From positions 1 to 64,000 of the forward strand of contig CAZOYD010000003.1 in NCBI GenBank assembly GCA_964583985.1: a stretch of DNA of 64,000 bases. Direction: 5' to 3'. Both the position numbers and the translations under genes were made by a program. The stretch is from an uncultured archaeon (GTDB lineage: Archaea; Asgardarchaeota; Lokiarchaeia; Sigyniarchaeales; SOKP01). Shown here piece after piece: positions 59,055-64,000 of the stretch (its first letter is position 1; the number at the start of each line of letters is the position of its first letter). Under the pieces are notes generated by a model. The model did no database searches. It had not been told where the DNA came from and saw only the letters and a program-made list of their open reading frames with translations.

Positions 59055-61061
59055 TCATTTCAAATGTAAGGAATAGACATCTACTTTGCTGATTTGATTT
59101 TTTAAAATAGATATATAACGAAAACCGGGGGGTTTAAATTCATAACTGGCTGAAAGTGGACCAAGAGCTTGTGTTTGAAAGATAAAAGGTTTATTAACAT
59201 CAAACCAAATCTGTAGATTTTTTGCATCCTCACTTGTTTTGAGAATCTTTCTATAGCATGAAGTATAAATTTCACTAGGAACAGTGATATAGAATGGGAG
59301 TAACCAAAATCCGTGATTTATCATTTCAGTATCTTGAGCTTCCTTTAACCTATATTCTTTTAATGTATGTGTATGACCACATAAAACCATGCTTATCTTT
59401 CTCCGTATCACCTCATCTGAACCTGTAATTATTTTCAAAAAAGTAGCCCAATGATACATGACTGTCTGGTACTTGAAATTAAGAAGTTTATCAACTCTTC
59501 CTGTATCGTTATACTTCTGTAATTTTTCTTCAAAAAAGTCAGACCATTCAATTTCTCTATTCTTGATGTTTAGTTTCTTCTTGTAAATCCGCTTTTTATG
59601 AGAACTAATATTGGGTGAAATTGGTGGAGCATGCATTATAATGATGATTTTTTCATCATGTGATAATTGGATATATGATCGCAAGAGATCAAGTTGAAAT
59701 TCTTTGAATCCTTTTGTACTAGGACCTCCCTTCAATAGATCGTGGATATCAGCAATAGAATCATGACCTGTATCTAAAAAGATAAAATTGAAATATTCCC
59801 CAATTTTAAGGTTATAATTCAGATTTGGATTTATAAATCTTAAATAATCTTTAAGAGTTTTGTCCTTGGAATAAAATGCAATGAAATAATCTGACAATTT
59901 GATGTCATCATACCCATTTATATCTGAACGAGTTAATCCAAATTTATTATAAAATTTCAAAAAACGTAATCCATAATGTCCCCAATGATAATCATGATTT
60001 CCAACTATGGTGAAAATTGGAACTAAAATTTCTCTTTTGTTGATAAACTCATCATCTTTTCCCAAGTAGGGCGGTTTATCTAATCCCTTATTAAGTCCAA
60101 GAATAATGTCAACAAAAACTTCGAAATTATTCTTATAGGAGTTATTATCTTTTGCAATTTTTACATAATCAACAATATCTCCAGAAAAAATTACAAAATC
60201 ACATTCATCAATTGAGGATTTATGATTAACAAAACTTATTAATTTCCTTAGTGAATAATTAAAATTATATTTCGCCTTTCTCAGATTTTCATATCGATCC
60301 TCTTGAAATTCTTCCTTAAAGTCAAAATCACGATCTAAGACGAATTTATCGACCTTCTTAAGTTTTTTTTCATTATTCTTGCATCGAGCTATTTCTTTTC
60401 TTTTCTTTTCTTTAATAAAACTAATAATAAAGTCATTTCTACGCGCAATATGAAGGTCGGTGGCATGTATAAACTTAAAATTTGTCCAATCTTTATTAAA
60501 AATGGCTATACTATGATAATTAATCTTCGATTCGTTCGTATTTGGAATATTATGAACGATATCGAATAGTATGATTTTTTTTTTTATTTTTTCGAAAATC
60601 TGAATGATATTATTTATGATTGGATATGGAATTTCAAATTTAATTTCATAAAGTGCCTCTCTTTTTCCATAAATGCCCTTTATGTTTAATGCTGTTTTGT
60701 ATATATCCAATTCGTTGCATTTTGCTTCAGTTAATAATGGTTGCTTTTCTAAATCATCTTTATCAATTTTTTTTATTTCAATGGCTCTTAATGGATATTT
60801 CTCACCCCTTCTTTCTGAGAAATTGCCAGTATCTTTCAAAACAGGTTGAATAAATAAATTCGAATGAAATTGTTCTAATATGCGTTCGATAGAATGAGTC
60901 TTCATTGTAACAACTAATGTACTAAAAGTGATTTTTTCTTCATAAGAAATGGCATTACCAATAAAATCTCTAAGATTCAGTAATGTAGGTTGCCCAATAT
61001 TTGGCTTAATGATGATTGGGAATGTTCCTTGAGATATATCAAAAAATGTATTAATTTCCAT
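59055..61061 (-). CDS. Large calcineurin-like metallophosphoesterase
   Basis: TDLH, GDIVD, GNHD, MHAP, GHTH. Confidence 0.87.
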   Translation of the reverse strand: MEINTFFDISQGTFPIIIKPNIGQPTLLNLRDFIGNAISYEEKITFSTLVVTMKTHSIERILEQFHSNLFIQPVLKDTGNFSERRGEKYPLRAIEIKKIDKDDLEKQPLLTEAKCNELDIYKTALNIKGIYGKREALYEIKFEIPYPIINNIIQIFEKIKKKIILFDIVHNIPNTNESKINYHSIAIFNKDWTNFKFIHATDLHIARRNDFIISFIKEKKRKEIARCKNNEKKLKKVDKFVLDRDFDFKEEFQEDRYENLRKAKYNFNYSLRKLISFVNHKSSIDECDFVIFSGDIVDYVKIAKDNNSYKNNFEVFVDIILGLNKGLDKPPYLGKDDEFINKREILVPIFTIVGNHDYHWGHYGLRFLKFYNKFGLTRSDINGYDDIKLSDYFIAFYSKDKTLKDYLRFINPNLNYNLKIGEYFNFIFLDTGHDSIADIHDLLKGGPSTKGFKEFQLDLLRSYIQLSHDEKIIIIMHAPPISPNISSHKKRIYKKKLNIKNREIEWSDFFEEKLQKYNDTGRVDKLLNFKYQTVMYHWATFLKIITGSDEVIRRKISMVLCGHTHTLKEYRLKEAQDTEMINHGFWLLPFYITVPSEIYTSCYRKILKTSEDAKNLQIWFDVNKPFIFQTQALGPLSASYEFKPPGFRYISILKNQISKVDVYSLHLK

Positions 61062-61170
61062 AAAGTGAAATATTCTCTTTTTCGTTAATATAATTTGAAT
61101 TTTTTAGTTAAAGTAATTTATTGTTTAAACCTATCAATCATATCCATTATAGATTATTAAATGAATTGAC

Positions 61171-62658
61171 ATGGAAAAATTATATCTACCAGACTTCACG
61201 TGTATTTTTGGTCCTAAATTTGCCAATCCATTTCTTTTTAAACAAGTAGATACGATGGTTTGGCCAATTATAAACGATATTAAAGCCTCGAAATCTTTAA
61301 TAACTTTTTTAGAACTTAAAAATTTGCAAGATAGACAATATTTCTATCATCGTAAAATCAGTTTAGACGATCTCAGAGTTGAATTAAACTGTAGCGGTAT
61401 AGAAAAAGCACTCATACAAGGAATGAATTTAGGACGAGAATATGGAATTGATAATTCGGACGTTTTAAACATGGTTAAACAAGATTCCAATTTATTTTCA
61501 GGAATTTTATCTTTTGATTTATCAAAATCATCCTCAAATTCAGAAGTGATACCCGAAATAAGGAAAATTTCATCTCAAATTCCAATTTGTGGAATCGCTC
61601 TTTATCCCTCCTTCACCAAGCAAGATCTAAATGAAAGTAATAACCATGTTTTTAACTCCATAATAACATATTGCCTTGAAAATGGTTTTTTCATCAAAAT
61701 TGATATTGGGAACTCATTTCTACCAGAGAATTTTCCAGAGTATACTTCCTTTGAATCGTTAAAAGAATTCCTTTCCAATAATCAAGCCATTCCCGTTGTT
61801 TTGAGTGGATTAGATGTGTCCAGTGATTTTTCATCATATTATCAACTATTAAAGTATTATAACAATGTATGGATTGAACTGGACCCTCGTTCATTTGGTG
61901 GAATGACACCTAAGGATGCATTTCTTCAGATTTTTAATATAAAGGGATTTATTCAAAATTCTTGGCATAGAATAATGATTGGAAGCGCTACTCCTACTCT
62001 TGAATCTTCCCAGATGGTGCGAGGATTTTTAGAAGCTACTGAGGAACTTCCTTTTGCTCAGAAATGCGTATTAAGAACTTGGGCATTCCGAAATGTAAAT
62101 CGATTGAACGAATCTGTGTTTAAACCAACAAGAGACATTAAATTGAACTTATTTAATCCTGTTATTAACCATAAAATTATTCAAACGGATGAAAATAGCT
62201 GTGAAGTAAATATTACTCATGAAATCACGCTTCGAAGTTATAGCATTACTCAATTAATATTTTTAACGAATTTAATTAAGAAAATTTATACAGAAACCAA
62301 ACAAAATTACCCAGACTTGAAAAATGGAGAACTATTTTTGAGATCATATCATACTACGATTAGTTTTATTATCAATGAACATGAATATGGAAATTATCTT
62401 GATTTACACTATCATTTTGTAGAGATCTCTAAAAAAGAAAGTTCTCGATTTTTGCATACTGTACGTGCTTTGGAAAATCGTGCAGATTTCAATCATTATG
62501 ATCACGAATTAGCATCAACATTTGGTTCAAGAGATTTAACAATTCCAATTTTAAATGATAAATTGGCAATAGGAAGTCGTGAGAATTTCTATGTAATAGC
62601 TACTTTTGGTCCAAGATCATTTAAAATCCTGATCAATATAAAACTTAGAAAAAAGTAA
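61171..62658 (+). CDS. Amidohydrolase-2-like domain fused to YjbQ/UPF0047 domain
   Basis: N-terminal TIM-barrel-like pattern (GIEKALI, GIALYP, NNVWIE, RIMIGS); C-terminal HTT....INEHE, TIPI....L.IG...F..GPR. Confidence 0.68.
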   Translation: MEKLYLPDFTCIFGPKFANPFLFKQVDTMVWPIINDIKASKSLITFLELKNLQDRQYFYHRKISLDDLRVELNCSGIEKALIQGMNLGREYGIDNSDVLNMVKQDSNLFSGILSFDLSKSSSNSEVIPEIRKISSQIPICGIALYPSFTKQDLNESNNHVFNSIITYCLENGFFIKIDIGNSFLPENFPEYTSFESLKEFLSNNQAIPVVLSGLDVSSDFSSYYQLLKYYNNVWIELDPRSFGGMTPKDAFLQIFNIKGFIQNSWHRIMIGSATPTLESSQMVRGFLEATEELPFAQKCVLRTWAFRNVNRLNESVFKPTRDIKLNLFNPVINHKIIQTDENSCEVNITHEITLRSYSITQLIFLTNLIKKIYTETKQNYPDLKNGELFLRSYHTTISFIINEHEYGNYLDLHYHFVEISKKESSRFLHTVRALENRADFNHYDHELASTFGSRDLTIPILNDKLAIGSRENFYVIATFGPRSFKILINIKLRKK

Positions 62659-62662
62659 AAAT

Positions 62663-63604
62663 ATGTCTTCTATAAGTTCTGGAAGTAACATAAAGGTAAG
62701 GACTTTGGAGTTTTGTTCTAAAATAAAAATAAATTCACCAGAAATTTTTAAAGAAAAACGTCGTTTTTCAGAACTAATTGCACAATTTATTCAACAAGAA
62801 TATGATCTAATTCCTTCTAAAGAAAGAATCGGAAAAGGAGTTGTTTATATTTCAAAACATATAGTGAAAGCACTTTTTCAATATTTGGGGGAAAATTCTC
62901 TCTATAAAATAGAGGATTATTATGAGCTTGGGAAGATAGCTTTTGATTCGGGGGAAATGAATGGAAATTCACGATTACAACATTTTGCTCTAATATTTCT
63001 TGCAGAATATGTATTTAATTATCCCGAACAATTTGATTCTATTCTAAAAGATGTCTTATATTATGCCACTAATGAAAATTGGGAGATTAGAGAAACTACA
63101 GTTTTCATTATTAATTTAGGTATGAGAAAAATGCCTGATCACTTGTTAAATGTTTTATCTCGTTTAATTTAGGATAAAAATGAAAACATCAGAAGGTTAG
63201 TTGCTGAAAGCCTTAGACCAAGTTCATCTTTAAAATGGTTAAGAAATCCCAATAAAAATGATCGAATTCTTGAGATACTAACTTCTCTAAATAACGATCC
63301 ATCCATTTATGTTAGAAAATCTGTAGGAAACAATCTTAAAGATTTATCAAAATATATGCCTGATAAAGTATTAAAATTAATGATGGATTGGATAGAACGT
63401 TCCAATATAAAAGTTCATGATGAGTTGGCATCAGAAAATGATTTGGATAAAAACCAAAAACGATTATTATGGACAATAAAATATGCTCTAAGATGGTTAC
63501 AAGAAAAAAATCCAGAATTTCATCCTAAAATTAAATAAATCCTAGGAGAAAATTATATTTTATATTTTGATGAAAAAAAGAATAGATTTGCGAAGCCTTT
63601 TTAA
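62663..63604 (+). pseudogene. HEAT-repeat DNA alkylation repair protein (AlkC/AlkD-like) interrupted by in-frame stops
   Basis: The same frame continues past TAG 63170-63172 (DKNENIRRLVAESLRP...DPSIYVRKSVGNNLKDLSK) into the 63356 ORF; TAA at 63536-63538 is followed by 21 more sense codons. Confidence 0.75.
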
Positions 63605-64000
63605 AATTGATATAATCTGGATGAAATTTATAAATTCTAAGACCTTGTTCTTAAATCAGAATTAACATGGACTAAATTTTTTAAATTCAAGCTCAGACTA
63701 ATAAATTATATTTTTATGAAAAAAAACTTTCAAAATGTAACTCCTTTATAAATTTATGTGTCAATAACCCTTCCATTTTCAGCAATACTGAAGAAAACTT
63801 AAAAGTTTAAATATTTAAAAAGGGTATAAATCATAAGGAATTTTCTAGATGGTTGAAATGGTATTTTATTTATGTCAATATTTATTTGAGCAAATTCATC
63901 TCATTAATTCCTATATAGACAAAAATTAACTTTTAATAGTTAAACTTGATTTTTAACTAGCTAAAAATAAAATAAATTCAAGATCCAAAATCCTAGACTA

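Noticed and set aside
954-61909. Numerous short ORFs antisense to or nested in long genes (e.g. 954-1202, 1404-1706, 7189-7503, 37523-37888, 41825-42229, 54246-54701)
   Set aside because: Shadow ORFs with no motifs, overlapping well-supported genes.
63605-64000. Possible gene, origin or repeat array in the terminal AT-rich stretch
   Set aside because: No convincing ORF, ORB-like repeats or CRISPR repeats are visible.

Overview
AT-rich, gene-dense archaeal chromosomal segment with the hallmarks of Asgard archaea, most likely Lokiarchaeia (inferred from gene content). Eukaryotic-signature proteins include an actin homologue, two Rab-like GTPases (one fused to a roadblock domain), two longin-like proteins, a JAMM/MPN+ protease fused to helical repeats and PCI-like winged-helix proteins. 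Housekeeping genes include guaB, purH, folD, a polyprenyl synthase, comDE, a Ski2-like helicase, a metal ABC transporter with a DtxR-type regulator, and two tandem SERCA-type P-ATPases. I saw no rRNA, tRNA, CRISPR array or mobile element. The best hidden signal is missed by the ORF track: a HesB-like small protein (about 9643/9673-9993) with one in-frame TGA (9763-9765), followed in its 3' UTR by an AUGA...GA stem-loop resembling a eukaryote-like SECIS, i.e. a candidate selenoprotein. Other highlights are an actin with a double zinc-ribbon insert and non-canonical catalytic residues, a longin / degenerate DRG-GTPase / longin cluster, a small protein + 7TM + soluble histidine kinase operon, a tandem palindromic operator before the metal ABC genes, an unlisted 55-aa protein, and a stop-interrupted DNA alkylation repair gene. 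All family calls come from manual motif recognition, not database searches.
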